Positions 15,853 to 26,034 of a DNA stretch of 32,000 nucleotides are shown here, one piece after another. The first letter of the stretch is position 1. Each line of letters begins with the position of its first letter. The stretch spans positions 780,001 through 812,000 of the forward strand of contig NC_016070.1 of the NCBI RefSeq assembly GCF_000253055.1, given 5' to 3'. The notes below the pieces were generated by a model. The model did not search any database. It worked only from the letters and a program-made list of their open reading frames with translations, and was not told the origin of the DNA. The DNA is from Thermoproteus tenax Kra 1. Its GTDB lineage: Archaea; Thermoproteota; Thermoprotei; Thermoproteales; Thermoproteaceae. The position numbers were made by a program, and so were the translations under genes.

Positions 15853-17001
15853 ATGAAATTGTATGAATACGAAGCCAAAGAGATATTCGCAAAATACGGA
15901 GTCAAAATACCGCCAGGCAAATTGGCTCTTTCACCGCAGGAGGTTCGCAAGATAGCTGAGGAGATCGGCAAGCCGGTAGTGTTAAAGGCCCAAGTCACAG
16001 TGGCGGGCAGAGGAAAGGCGGGCGGCATAAAGGTGGCTAAGTCGCCGCAAGAGGCAGAGGAGCTGGCCAAGCAGATGTTCGGCATGAACATCAAGGGTCT
16101 TACAGTGAGGAAGATTTACGTGACCGAATATGTGGAGGTGGAGCGCGAGATGTACTTGAGCCTCATCATAGATAGAGCCTCTAGGAGGTACCTTTTCCTC
16201 GCCTCCCCTATAGGCGGCGTGGACATTGAGGAAATAGCCAAGAGGGAGCCGGAGAAGATAAAGAGGGTGTACGTAGACCCCTTCGAGGGACTCAAGGACT
16301 TCCACATCAGGGGCATAGTTTCATGGTTGGGCGTTAAGGCCGGTACTCAACAGTGGGAACAAGCCGCGGGCATAGTAAAGGCGATGTACAAGGCCATGAC
16401 GGAGCTGGAGGCTGAGTTGGTAGAAAGCAACCCGCTCGCTGTAACGAAATCGGGCGACGTTATACCGCTTGACGCGAGGATAATAATCGACGATAATGCA
16501 CTTTACAAACATCCAGATCTAGAGAAGGCCTACGAGGAGGATCCGAGGGATGTGACCGAGTTCGAGAGATATGCCCAGAGGATAGGGTTCAACTATGTGG
16601 AACTTGACGGAGATATCGGCATAATAGGCAACGGCGCCGGCCTCACAATGAGCACGATGGATTTAGTATATCACTACGGGGGCAGGCCCGCGAACTTCTT
16701 GGATATAGGCGGAGGAGCCTCGCGCGAGGTGGTGAAGGAGGCCCTTAAGGTCTTGTTGAGGCATCCGAGAGTCAAGGTGATATTCATTAATATATTCGGA
16801 GGCATAACCAGAGCCGACGAAGTGGCCGCAGGCGTCGAGGGAGCCTTAAACGAGTTGGGCAACGCTGGAAAGAAGATCATCGTGAGGATGAAGGGGACCA
16901 ACGAGGAGTTGGGCAGACAAATGTTGGCCAAAATAGGAGTCCCTCTATATGAAAGTGCCGAAGAGGCGGCACAAAAAGCCGTAGAGTTAGCGAGGATATG
17001 A
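15853..17001 (+). CDS. sucC: succinyl-CoA synthetase (ADP-forming) beta subunit
   Basis: MKLYEYEAKEIFAKYGV N-terminus (ATP-grasp). The ORF track starts at 15838, but ATG 15853 matches family N-termini and lies about 26 nt downstream of tactaaaaa. 4-nt overlap with sucD. Confidence 0.92.
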   Translation: MKLYEYEAKEIFAKYGVKIPPGKLALSPQEVRKIAEEIGKPVVLKAQVTVAGRGKAGGIKVAKSPQEAEELAKQMFGMNIKGLTVRKIYVTEYVEVEREMYLSLIIDRASRRYLFLASPIGGVDIEEIAKREPEKIKRVYVDPFEGLKDFHIRGIVSWLGVKAGTQQWEQAAGIVKAMYKAMTELEAELVESNPLAVTKSGDVIPLDARIIIDDNALYKHPDLEKAYEEDPRDVTEFERYAQRIGFNYVELDGDIGIIGNGAGLTMSTMDLVYHYGGRPANFLDIGGGASREVVKEALKVLLRHPRVKVIFINIFGGITRADEVAAGVEGALNELGNAGKKIIVRMKGTNEELGRQMLAKIGVPLYESAEEAAQKAVELARI

Positions 17002-17879
17002 CGGTCCTCGTAGGCCCTGATACTAAGGTAATAGTCCAAGGCATAACTGGGAAAGAGGGAAGCTTCCACGCCCAGAGGATGTTGGAATATGGGACCAAAG
17101 TGGTGGGCGGCGTCACGCCCGGCAAGGGAGGCGCTACGGTAGCCGGCGTTCCTGTGTTCGATTCAGTGGAAGAGGCGGTCAGAGCAACGGGTGCCAATGC
17201 GTCCGTGGTGTTTGTCCCGGCCAAGTTCGCAGCTGACGCAGTATACGAGGCCGTAGACGCAGGCATAAAGCTAATAGTAGTGATCACGGAGCATATACCA
17301 ATACATGAAACTCTGAGGTTCGTAAACTACGCTAGAGCGAGGGGGGCCACAGTGATAGGCCCCAACTGCCCTGGCCTTGTGGCGCCTCCGCTCAAGGTGA
17401 AGCTGGGCATAATGCCCAACAGCGTCTATCAAACTCCAGGTAGGATAGGCGTAGTGAGTAGATCGGGCACTCTGACGTACGAAATATCCTATCAACTAGC
17501 CCGCGCGGGGTTGGGGATCAATACAGCCATAGGCGTGGGCGGGGACCCCATAGTGGGCACAGATCTGGTCGAGGCAGCCCTGTTGATGTCCCGAGATCCC
17601 GAGGTTGACGCCATTGTGGCAATAGGCGAAGTGGGAGGAGACGCTGAGGAGAGGCTAGCTAAGCTGTACGCCGAGGGTGTAATAAAGAAGCCCATAGTGG
17701 CATACGTGGCCGGCAGAACGGCGCCGCCAGAGAAGAGGATGGGCCACGCTGGAGCTATAGTGATGTTGGGTTCTGGCGATGCCAACAGCAAGGTGAAGAC
17801 GTTGAGAGAGGCGGGCATACCCGTGGCCGACACGCCCGTGGAAGTTCCTCAACTAGTCTTGAAGGCGCTCAGGAGGTAG
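16998..17879 (+). CDS. sucD: succinyl-CoA synthetase alpha subunit
   Basis: CoA-binding GITGKEG, SRSGTLTYE, and phosphohistidine loop GHAGAIV. Confidence 0.92.
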   Translation: MTVLVGPDTKVIVQGITGKEGSFHAQRMLEYGTKVVGGVTPGKGGATVAGVPVFDSVEEAVRATGANASVVFVPAKFAADAVYEAVDAGIKLIVVITEHIPIHETLRFVNYARARGATVIGPNCPGLVAPPLKVKLGIMPNSVYQTPGRIGVVSRSGTLTYEISYQLARAGLGINTAIGVGGDPIVGTDLVEAALLMSRDPEVDAIVAIGEVGGDAEERLAKLYAEGVIKKPIVAYVAGRTAPPEKRMGHAGAIVMLGSGDANSKVKTLREAGIPVADTPVEVPQLVLKALRR

Positions 17880-17880
17880 C

Positions 17881-18165
17881 TTGTATAGCTCAAGTCCGGT
17901 TTCACACAAAGACCTCTGCGAGATATGCGGTTGGGAACGCGCCGACTTTAGATGCCCCAAATGCGGCCGCCTAGTTTGCCGTTACGACAAAGGCGCCAGA
18001 TATTGCAGAGCTTGCGAGGAGACTTTATGTGAGATCTGTGGCGACGCCTACTCAATTGCGACTTGCTATAGATGCGGCAAGTTGGTCTGCGATAAGTGTA
18101 GCGTGAGGCGCGGCCTTCTGCGTATATGCGTCGAATGTCTTAGGGCCGAGACAAAACCGAGTTGA
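17881..18165 (+). CDS. Cys-rich tandem zinc-finger mini-protein (94 aa, 15 Cys)
   Basis: Two internal repeats, each starting LCEICG with the spacing CxxC-x8-CxxC-x4-C...CxxC. The protein has no internal Met, so the TTG at 17881 (one nt after the sucD stop) is the only start in frame. Confidence 0.55.
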   Translation: MYSSSPVSHKDLCEICGWERADFRCPKCGRLVCRYDKGARYCRACEETLCEICGDAYSIATCYRCGKLVCDKCSVRRGLLRICVECLRAETKPS

Positions 18166-18221
18166 CTCAATATATAACATATATATTAAAAAATATAAAA
18201 GGAGGGTGGTAGTCATAGCAC

Positions 18222-19424
18222 ATGAATGTAACAAAGCTCCTTGCGGGCCGCACAGCCTACATGAGGGCCAGCGAGATACGCGAGCTCCTCAAGTGGGCCA
18301 CCTCGGACGTGATATCGTTCGGCGGGGGCATGCCTGACCCCTCAACGTTCCCCTTGGAGGATATAGCCAGAATAGCCGCCTATGTTCTCGAGAACTATGG
18401 CAATAAGGCGCTACAGTACGGCCAGACTGAGGGCGTCCCAGAGCTCCGCGACGAGTTGGCCAAGTTCTCGCAGTCCAACGGCATCAAAGCGTCAGCAGAG
18501 AATATTATCGTCACTGTGGGAAGCCAAGAGGCTTTAGAGCTACTGGGCAGATTATTCCTCGATGAAGGCTCCACGATAATAACTGAGAATCCCACCTACA
18601 TAGCCGCTCTACAATCATGGCGTGTGTACAGACCCAAAATAGTTGGCATCCCGATGGACGACAATGGGATGAGGACCGATATACTGGAGAAGGAAGTGAG
18701 GAGGTTGAAGTCGGAAGGCGCCAATATAAAGTTCATCTACACAGTGCCGACAGCTCAGAACCCTATGGGCGTCACAATGCCCGACGAGAGAAGGAAGCAT
18801 CTTCTCGAGATCGCGGAGGAGAACGACCTCTTGGTCGTAGAGGACGACCCCTACGGCTACTTCCTCTTTGACAACATAACAGTGACCAGGCTCAAGGCAA
18901 TGGATAGGTCCGGCCGCGTCATATACCTATCTACTGCCTCTAAGATCTTCAGTCCAGGCCTCCGCCTCGGTTGGGTTATAGCCGAGCCTGAGATCGTTAG
19001 ATGGTTCGCCTTAGGTAAACAAGCGTTGAACCTCAACACGCCGACGTTGAACCAATACATGTTGCTGGAGGGCTTGAGGAGGGGCGTGATCCAGAGGAAC
19101 ATACCTAAGATCGTCGAACTCTACAAGAAAAAGAGAGATGCCATGTTGACCGCTTTGGAGTCCTATATGCCCAAGGGAGTAACGTGGACTAAGCCATCGG
19201 GAGGCATGTTCATATGGGTCAGAGTGCCTGAGAAAATCGATACGAAGGAGATGTTGCAAGTAGCTATAACAAAATACAAAGTCGCATATGTGCCTGGGCA
19301 TGGCTTCCATGTGAATGAAGGGGAGGGCAGAAACACCATGCGTCTAAACTTCACGTACAGCACATTCGAGCAGATTGACTTGGGCGTCAGACGTCTGGCG
19401 GACACAATCCGCGAATTTTTATGA
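18222..19424 (+). CDS. PLP-dependent aminotransferase, class I/II (aromatic/2-aminoadipate-type)
   Basis: PLP-lysine motif SKIFSPGLRLGW, N-terminal FGGGMPDP, 400 aa. Confidence 0.8.
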   Translation: MNVTKLLAGRTAYMRASEIRELLKWATSDVISFGGGMPDPSTFPLEDIARIAAYVLENYGNKALQYGQTEGVPELRDELAKFSQSNGIKASAENIIVTVGSQEALELLGRLFLDEGSTIITENPTYIAALQSWRVYRPKIVGIPMDDNGMRTDILEKEVRRLKSEGANIKFIYTVPTAQNPMGVTMPDERRKHLLEIAEENDLLVVEDDPYGYFLFDNITVTRLKAMDRSGRVIYLSTASKIFSPGLRLGWVIAEPEIVRWFALGKQALNLNTPTLNQYMLLEGLRRGVIQRNIPKIVELYKKKRDAMLTALESYMPKGVTWTKPSGGMFIWVRVPEKIDTKEMLQVAITKYKVAYVPGHGFHVNEGEGRNTMRLNFTYSTFEQIDLGVRRLADTIREFL

Positions 19425-20635
19425 TAACACCTCCTCTAGAGGAGGCCGTCGACATAATAAAAGAGCAACAGAGGCGCGGTTTGATTCATAGGACCCCGCT
19501 CCTCCGCTCTGAATCGTTGTCGAGATCACTTTCGGGCGACGTCTATCTAAAGTTGGAGGCCCTTCAGAAGACGGGCTCGTTCAAGATAAGAGGGGCATAC
19601 TATGCTATGTACAAATACATCGCCGAGGGATACAAAAGGTTTATAACAGCATCTGCGGGCAACCACGCCCAGGGCGTGGCGTATGCTGCACAGCTCCACG
19701 GAGTGGAGGCCACGGTGGTGATGCCCTCAGGTACGCCCTGGCTGAAGGTCAAGAAGACTATGGACTACGGCGCCAAAGTGATCCTTTGGGGCGAGAGCTA
19801 CTATGAGGCCGAGAAAAAGGCTATGGAGCTCCTCAGCCCCGAGGTCAAGTTTCTCCACGCATACAACGACCCCTACGTAATAGCGGGCCAAGGGACTATA
19901 GGGGTTGAGATCCTTGAGGATCTGCCGGACGTAGACTATGTAGTGGTCCCCATAGGAGGCGGCGGGCTGATCTCAGGCATAGCCTACGCCATCAAGAGGG
20001 CTAGACCAAGGGCGAGGATATATGGAGTTCAAGCGAAGGGGGCGCCCTCTGTATACCTCTCACTGAAGGAGGGACGCATAATCACCTTGGAGAGCGTGGA
20101 CACAATTGCCGACGGCATCGCCGTCAAGAGGCCGGGCGAGATCACGATGGAGTTCATACAAAAGTACGTAGACGACGTAGTGCTCGTAGACGACAACGAG
20201 ATCGCCGATGCCATCTATTTTCTGGCGGAGAGATCTCGGGTACTCGCGGAGGGGGCTGGCGCGGCGGCCGTTGCAGCGTTGTTGGCCGGCAGAATAGAGG
20301 AGAGAGGGGGCAGAGGCGTAGCCGTTGTATCGGGCGGCAACATAGATGCGACTGTTTTAGTCAGAGTGTTGAACAAAGTTATGGCCAGACAGGGGAGAAT
20401 AGTCAAGTTGGTTGGAGAGGTGCCCGACAAGCCTGGCATGTTAGCCGCCGCCGCTGCGGTCTTGGCTAAATACAATGTGAACATCATAGACGTCTATCAC
20501 GAGAGATACGACCCTCATCAGCGGCCAAATTACGTCGAGTTGGCCTTCGTCGCCGAGATCCCCGGCAATTTAAATATAGAGCAAGTTCTGGAAGAGTTGA
20601 AAAGAAAAAGTTTCAATTTTTACGTGGCCAAGTGA
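19421..20635 (+). CDS. ilvA: threonine ammonia-lyase (threonine dehydratase) with C-terminal ACT-like domain
   Basis: PLP-lysine motif SFKIRGA, glycine loop PIGGGGLISG, C-terminal regulatory domain of about 80 aa. ATGA overlap with the aminotransferase. Confidence 0.85.
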   Translation: MITPPLEEAVDIIKEQQRRGLIHRTPLLRSESLSRSLSGDVYLKLEALQKTGSFKIRGAYYAMYKYIAEGYKRFITASAGNHAQGVAYAAQLHGVEATVVMPSGTPWLKVKKTMDYGAKVILWGESYYEAEKKAMELLSPEVKFLHAYNDPYVIAGQGTIGVEILEDLPDVDYVVVPIGGGGLISGIAYAIKRARPRARIYGVQAKGAPSVYLSLKEGRIITLESVDTIADGIAVKRPGEITMEFIQKYVDDVVLVDDNEIADAIYFLAERSRVLAEGAGAAAVAALLAGRIEERGGRGVAVVSGGNIDATVLVRVLNKVMARQGRIVKLVGEVPDKPGMLAAAAAVLAKYNVNIIDVYHERYDPHQRPNYVELAFVAEIPGNLNIEQVLEELKRKSFNFYVAK

Positions 20636-20691
20636 ATAGGACGTCTTGAAAGGCGGCCATAACTAATTAAATTCAAGATAGATGTGCCATA

Positions 20692-21405
20692 ATGCGGACC
20701 AGACTCTTGTATCAAGAGGACAGCTACATCAGAGAATTTGAGGCCTCCGTAGTAGACGTAATAGATAACAAGGTCATTTTAGACAAGACTGCGTTCCACG
20801 ATGGAGAGGGCGGCGTAGAGGCGGACACAGGGTATCTGGAGGCGACTGGCGCCCGATATAGAGTGAGGGCAGGTAGAGAGGGAGGAGAGGTAGTACATAT
20901 AGTTGAGGGAGGACACAACATAAAGGTCAACGATATCGTAAGGGGCGTTTTAGACTGGGAGCCCAGATATCGGAAAATGCGCCTCCATACGGCCGCACAC
21001 ATACTTTCTGCCGTTCTGTACAAAAGGCACAACGCCTTGATAACAGGCGGCGAGATAACTCCGGAGTATGCCAGAGACGATTTCAGTATCGAGGGCGATA
21101 TGAGCCAAGTCCGAAGGGCCTTTGAGGAGGCCATCGCCGAAGTCAACGAGATAGTTGCAAGGGGCATTGAGGTGAAGGTCTATTGGCTACCGAGGGAGGA
21201 AGCTCTGAAGATCCCCGGCATAACTAAATTGGCTGAGAGGACGCCGCCCAACTTGCCTGTATTGAGGATAGTAGAGATACCGGGGGTTGACGTACAAGCA
21301 GACGGAGGGCCTCATGTAAAAAATACACAAGAAATAGGCCAAGTGAAGATAGTAAAGATAGAGAATCGCGGTAGGAACAAGAAGAGGATATACTATACAG
21401 TCTAA
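20692..21405 (+). CDS. alaX: alanyl-tRNA editing protein AlaX (AlaX-M type)
   Basis: LYQEDSYIREFEASV N-terminus, zinc motif HTAAHIL, later DGGPHV. 237 aa. Confidence 0.8.
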   Translation: MRTRLLYQEDSYIREFEASVVDVIDNKVILDKTAFHDGEGGVEADTGYLEATGARYRVRAGREGGEVVHIVEGGHNIKVNDIVRGVLDWEPRYRKMRLHTAAHILSAVLYKRHNALITGGEITPEYARDDFSIEGDMSQVRRAFEEAIAEVNEIVARGIEVKVYWLPREEALKIPGITKLAERTPPNLPVLRIVEIPGVDVQADGGPHVKNTQEIGQVKIVKIENRGRNKKRIYYTV

Positions 21406-22646
21406 AGTATAAGTCGCTCCGGCTCAAGACATCTATTTTTCGCAAGGGCATCGGTCCTCACCTCAACTCCGCCGTATAGCTCCGCCCGCTCTTTCCCGAG
21501 CACGAGGGAGGCAGCGAGCCTGCCTATGGCGTCTGCCTTCATTATGCCGCTCCCGCTCGTGCCGGCTGCAACGTAAAGACCCTCGGCCAGCTTATCCACT
21601 ACGGCGACCCCGTCCACTACATTCTCATCGTAGTAGCCGTACCAAGAATTGTGAGGAGTCTTTCCCTCAAATGCAGGGATGTATTTGCTGAGCACGGGGT
21701 ATATCCCATAGCGCCACAAGGCCTCGTCTACGCCGAACTCGTCAAAGCCATAGGGCCGCCTATCGGCTAGACCTATCCAGAAGTTGCCCTCATCTGGCTC
21801 AGGCCGCACATAGATCCCTCTGGGGAGTATAACAAAGGGCATAGCCCCCTCGCCGGTGAGCGAGTCGTCGTAAAGCAGATTTCTCAACGCTCCATCGGCT
21901 TTTACCACGAACACATGTCTCTTGTGAGGCCTCAGAGGCAGGCCGTAGCCCAATGATGCGGCCAGATCTCCTGTCCACGCGCCCGTTGCAAGAACAACTG
22001 CGTCGGCCTCAACGGAGCCTGAAGCGGTCTGGATCCCCACAATGCGGTAGTCTTGCCACGCAAACGGCTCGCCCGGTATTTCCAATGGTTTTTTGGGCCT
22101 AGCCAATAAGCTTGTCACTTTGACCCCAAACGCAACCCTTCCGCCTAACCTCAAGAACTGTTGTTCGTAGTACCTCAAGACCTTTTCCGGATCCAAGATG
22201 CCTGCATCTCTTATCAAGATGCCGGTAGCTATGTCGTCCAACCCCATCTCTCTAGCTTCTTCATCCTCTGTGACCCTCAGCCTGATGCCCTTGGGTGGGT
22301 CTACGTAGTCTATCGCAAGACCCATAGTCCTCAACTCGCCTATAACAGGCTTGAGGCTCTCCACCTCGCTATTTGTGGCTAAAAAAAGGTAGCCGACAAA
22401 GCGCATGGAGAGAGGCCACCCTCCCCTCTGCACATCTCTGTAAAAATCTATAGTGGTCTTGGCCAATAATCTATTCAACTTTGAGGAGAATATGGTCCTA
22501 AAGGCCGCAGCGGACTTGCCGGTGTCCCCCATCCCGGCGCCCGACATCATGTCCACTACTAAGATATCGTAATGGGGGGCCATCCTCTTGATATGATAGG
22601 CGATGCTCAAACCCACAACGCCGGCGCCTACGATGACCACCCTCAT
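21402..22646 (-). CDS. FAD-dependent oxidoreductase (DAO/glycine-sarcosine oxidase-like)
   Basis: N-terminal dinucleotide-binding motif VVIVGAGVVGLSIAY, 414 aa. Substrate cannot be called from sequence alone. Confidence 0.75.
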   Translation of the reverse strand: MRVVIVGAGVVGLSIAYHIKRMAPHYDILVVDMMSGAGMGDTGKSAAAFRTIFSSKLNRLLAKTTIDFYRDVQRGGWPLSMRFVGYLFLATNSEVESLKPVIGELRTMGLAIDYVDPPKGIRLRVTEDEEAREMGLDDIATGILIRDAGILDPEKVLRYYEQQFLRLGGRVAFGVKVTSLLARPKKPLEIPGEPFAWQDYRIVGIQTASGSVEADAVVLATGAWTGDLAASLGYGLPLRPHKRHVFVVKADGALRNLLYDDSLTGEGAMPFVILPRGIYVRPEPDEGNFWIGLADRRPYGFDEFGVDEALWRYGIYPVLSKYIPAFEGKTPHNSWYGYYDENVVDGVAVVDKLAEGLYVAAGTSGSGIMKADAIGRLAASLVLGKERAELYGGVEVRTDALAKNRCLEPERLIL

Positions 22647-22726
22647 GGCTGGAGGATAAATAGGTCTATATATCTATAGCGGGAGTAGAAACGATTATTC
22701 TTTTATATACAATACAGTTTATCTCC

Positions 22727-23107
22727 GTGGAAACCTTCAACCTCTTGAAGGAGAAGGGATACCGATTGACCCCACAGAGGATGGAGGTAGTGAAGATAGT
22801 GTTGGACAAATTGGAGAAGAGGGAACACCCGACGTTCAACGATATAGTGAACGAGGTGAAGGCCAGAATGCCCAGCATAAGCGCAAGCACTGTGTACAAC
22901 ATATTGAGGCTTCTAGAGGAGAACGGCATCGTTGTCTCCTTCGAGAATAACGGCAGGACGTACTACGACAAGGCAGAGCCCCATATCAACGTAGTATGTA
23001 TCGATAGCGATAAAGTTATAGATGTGGAGGACGGCGAGTTAATAAGCCTGTTCAAGAGCAAGGGCATAAGGCCTATATCCATCGTCGTCAAAGCAGTCTG
23101 CAGTTGA
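22727..23107 (+). CDS. Fur-family transcriptional regulator
   Basis: LLKEKGYRLTPQRMEVVKIV...HPTFNDI...STVYNILRLLEENGIV is the Fur-type wHTH layout. GTG start. No C-terminal CxxC pairs are visible. Confidence 0.7.
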   Translation: METFNLLKEKGYRLTPQRMEVVKIVLDKLEKREHPTFNDIVNEVKARMPSISASTVYNILRLLEENGIVVSFENNGRTYYDKAEPHINVVCIDSDKVIDVEDGELISLFKSKGIRPISIVVKAVCS

Positions 23108-23199
23108 GCCGCCGTAGATGATGAGGTAAACCGCGCCGTTGACTCCATGATTGTAGAATCCACAGCTGAAGATTAAAAAGCGAATGTATCAATGACTAC

Positions 23200-23691
23200 A
23201 TGGCTGTGAAAATCGACGTAGTTGACGTGCCCATACCAGAGGGCTCCAACGTCATTATTGGCCACGCCCACTTTATAAAGACTGTCGAGGACATCTACGA
23301 GGCCGTGGTCAACAGCGTGCCGGGCATAAAGTTCGGCCTAGCCTTCTGTGAGGCTTCGGGCAAGAGACTGGTGAGACACGAGGGCAACGACGAAGAGCTC
23401 CGCAAGCTTGCAGTTGATGTAGCCCTGAAGATAGGCGCTGGCCACACCTTCGTCCTCTACATCAAAAACGCCTACCCAATCAACGTGCTCAACGCTATCC
23501 GGCACGTCCCCGAGGTGGTTTCGATTCACGTAGCAACGGCCAACCCTCTGAAGGTATTAATAGCCGAGGTGGAGCCGGAACGTCGCGGGATAATCGGAGT
23601 GGTGGACGGTCACTCTCCACTTGGAATCGAGGGCGATAAAGATAGAGAGGAACGCAAAGCATTTCTTAGGAAGATCGGCTACAAGCTTTAG
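23200..23691 (+). CDS. PF04008-like protein (DUF355 / so-called adenosine-specific kinase family)
   Basis: 163 aa. The segments [15 protein letters not shown] and [10 protein letters not shown] resemble that family as I recall it (PAE2307-like). Its stop overlaps the helicase GTG by 1 nt. Confidence 0.55.
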   Translation: MAVKIDVVDVPIPEGSNVIIGHAHFIKTVEDIYEAVVNSVPGIKFGLAFCEASGKRLVRHEGNDEELRKLAVDVALKIGAGHTFVLYIKNAYPINVLNAIRHVPEVVSIHVATANPLKVLIAEVEPERRGIIGVVDGHSPLGIEGDKDREERKAFLRKIGYKL

Positions 23692-25922
23692 TGAGCTTCC
23701 TTTCGGCCCTTTTGGGAGATCCCGGCAGGGAGGTCGTTTACGTAAAAACGGAGAGCGCCGAAACTCCAGAGACTTGTTGCCCCGTAGAGTCGGTGCTAAG
23801 GCCTGAGGTCGCCGAGGCGTTCAAGAAGAGGGGAATAAAAACACTTTATCAGTTTCAATATGACGCGGTTCAGAGCATTAGGTCGGGCAAGGACACTGTT
23901 ATAATCGCGGGCACCGGCTTGGGCAAGACTGAGGCTTTTGTGGCGCCCATATTGGAGGAAGCGCTAGACACATTCAGAACTCCGGTGGCCCTAGTTGTTT
24001 ACCCCACAAAGGCGTTAGCGAGGGATCAGCTCTCACGCATACGCACTCTCGCCGATCAACTCGGCGTAAGAGCTATGGTCTACGACGGAGATACATCGCA
24101 GAGAGAGCGGCGCTTGATATACGAAATGCCGCCTCACATAATCGTGACAAATCCAGACATGGTGAGCCAGGCGTTGATGCACGTACACAAGTTCCGCCAA
24201 CTCGTATCAAGGATCAGATACCTGGTCCTTGATGATTTCCACGTGTACAACGGAGTGTTGGGTTCCCATATGTATTACCTTATGAGGAGGCTCTCCCGTT
24301 TCAGCAGGCCGCAGTTCATCGCCACTTCGGCCACGCTGGGCAATCCTCTGGAGTTCGCATCACAGCTCTTAGATAGAGAGGTAAACGTAGTGGAAGGCCC
24401 AAGGGGGCGCAGAGGCGAGCTCGTACAGATCTTAGTCAGACCCCGCTTTAGGTCGAAATGGCTCGAGGCGGCACACCTAGCCAAATTATGCATAGAGGGC
24501 GATATGAAGTGTCTCATTTTTGCAGACAGCCATAGATACAGCGAGATGATATACAGAGCTCTAAAGTTAAATGGTCTAGCCGACAGAGCGGCAGTACACC
24601 GAGCGGGGCTAAGCGCTGAGGATAGAGGCCGGGTCGAGGACGCTTTCCGCGAAGGTACTATCGATGTGGTTATAGCCACCCCCACTCTGGAGCTGGGGAT
24701 AGATATAGGCGACATCGACGCTGTAGTCCTAGCCACAGTTCCGCCTACTTACAACCGATATCTCCAGAGGGTGGGGAGAGTTGGAAGAAGGGGACAGACC
24801 GGATACGTCGTCCAGATACTGGGCAACGATCCTATAAGCAACTATTACAAGAACTACCCCCAGGAGTTCTTCTCAAGATCGCCTGAGCCGTTGGGTCTAG
24901 AGCGGGAGAACGACGACGTAGCATCCCTCCACATCTTGGCCATGGCCGCCGATAGTCCCATCAAGGAGGGCGAGTTAAGCGGCTATATGTCGTCGGTGCT
25001 CAGACGGTTGCACGAGGAGGGCTATCTGACTAAGACGGGCAAATTCTACAGAGTCACGGGGAGGGGCCGGCGGATGTTAGAGGATCTCTCGCTTAGAGGG
25101 AGCCCCCAAGTTGTAAAGATAAAGGCCTCAGACGGAAGAGTGTTGGGCCAAAGGGAGCTCCCTCTGGCTCTCTACGAGCTCCACCCCGAGGCTATATATA
25201 TGCACGGCGGAGCGACTTACCTCGTAAAATCTCTAGACATAAGCAGAAGAATCGCCTCAGTCGAGCCCATAGAGGCCAACGATCTTATGACGCAAGCTCT
25301 GGAGGAAATGGAGCCGCATATGGAGGAGGTTCTAGAGGAGGGCAAGGTCTATGGAGTGCCGTATCAGTACGGCAGGCTGAGGATAAAGATCACTGTGTAC
25401 GGCTATGCCCTAAAGCGGTTCACTACCGAGGAGACCCTCGCGGAATACACTATTGAGCCGATCTCTTACGAGTTTAATACGAAGGGTGCCGTCCTATTTA
25501 TGCCTTCCTTGAGGTTCAGCCCTAACGACGTCATAGATTGGGAGGAAAGGGCGAAGGCATACCACGCCACAGAACACGTAGTGATCTCGGCGGCGGAGAT
25601 CTCTGTGGGGGCCGCCAAGACGGATCTCGGCGGCATCAGCTATCCCGACGGCGTTATAGTAATATACGACTCTCACGTGGGAGGCAACGGCACAAGCAGA
25701 CTACTCCTCAGGAACTTTAGGAGGACTCTTGAGGTGGCCTATAGAATAGTGAGGGGGTGCGACTGCATAGACGGATGTCCCAAGTGCGTCTATAGCCCCT
25801 ACTGCGGCAACAACAACAAGATGCTCTCGCGCAGAAACAGCATAAAGGTCATTGAGGCCGTCTTGGCAGGTAAGCAGGAGCTACACATAGGGGAGCTTCC
25901 AAAGGAGAAGGGCATCGTCTAG
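23691..25922 (+). CDS. SF2 DEAD/DEAH-box helicase with C-terminal DUF1998 (MZB) cysteine cluster (COG1205, MrfA/YprA-like)
   Basis: Motif I AGTGLGKT, motif II DDFH, motif III SAT, motif VI QRVGRVGRRG, C-terminal GCDCIDGCPKCVYSPYCGNNN. Confidence 0.85.
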   Translation: MSFLSALLGDPGREVVYVKTESAETPETCCPVESVLRPEVAEAFKKRGIKTLYQFQYDAVQSIRSGKDTVIIAGTGLGKTEAFVAPILEEALDTFRTPVALVVYPTKALARDQLSRIRTLADQLGVRAMVYDGDTSQRERRLIYEMPPHIIVTNPDMVSQALMHVHKFRQLVSRIRYLVLDDFHVYNGVLGSHMYYLMRRLSRFSRPQFIATSATLGNPLEFASQLLDREVNVVEGPRGRRGELVQILVRPRFRSKWLEAAHLAKLCIEGDMKCLIFADSHRYSEMIYRALKLNGLADRAAVHRAGLSAEDRGRVEDAFREGTIDVVIATPTLELGIDIGDIDAVVLATVPPTYNRYLQRVGRVGRRGQTGYVVQILGNDPISNYYKNYPQEFFSRSPEPLGLERENDDVASLHILAMAADSPIKEGELSGYMSSVLRRLHEEGYLTKTGKFYRVTGRGRRMLEDLSLRGSPQVVKIKASDGRVLGQRELPLALYELHPEAIYMHGGATYLVKSLDISRRIASVEPIEANDLMTQALEEMEPHMEEVLEEGKVYGVPYQYGRLRIKITVYGYALKRFTTEETLAEYTIEPISYEFNTKGAVLFMPSLRFSPNDVIDWEERAKAYHATEHVVISAAEISVGAAKTDLGGISYPDGVIVIYDSHVGGNGTSRLLLRNFRRTLEVAYRIVRGCDCIDGCPKCVYSPYCGNNNKMLSRRNSIKVIEAVLAGKQELHIGELPKEKGIV

Positions 25923-26034
25923 TCGAGACTCCCAGGTGTAAAGTTGGGCTGTTTCATACTTTTTAATCGTTGGGAAAAGTTCTGCGTTTTGGCGTAAGCA
26001 GAAGGCTTAAAATACGTGTAGATGTCCATCTGCG

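Noticed and set aside
16674-17287. Minus-strand ORFs of 131 and 136 aa across the sucC/sucD junction
   Set aside because: They are antisense shadows of two well-supported genes, with low-complexity Ala/Ser/Thr/Pro composition.
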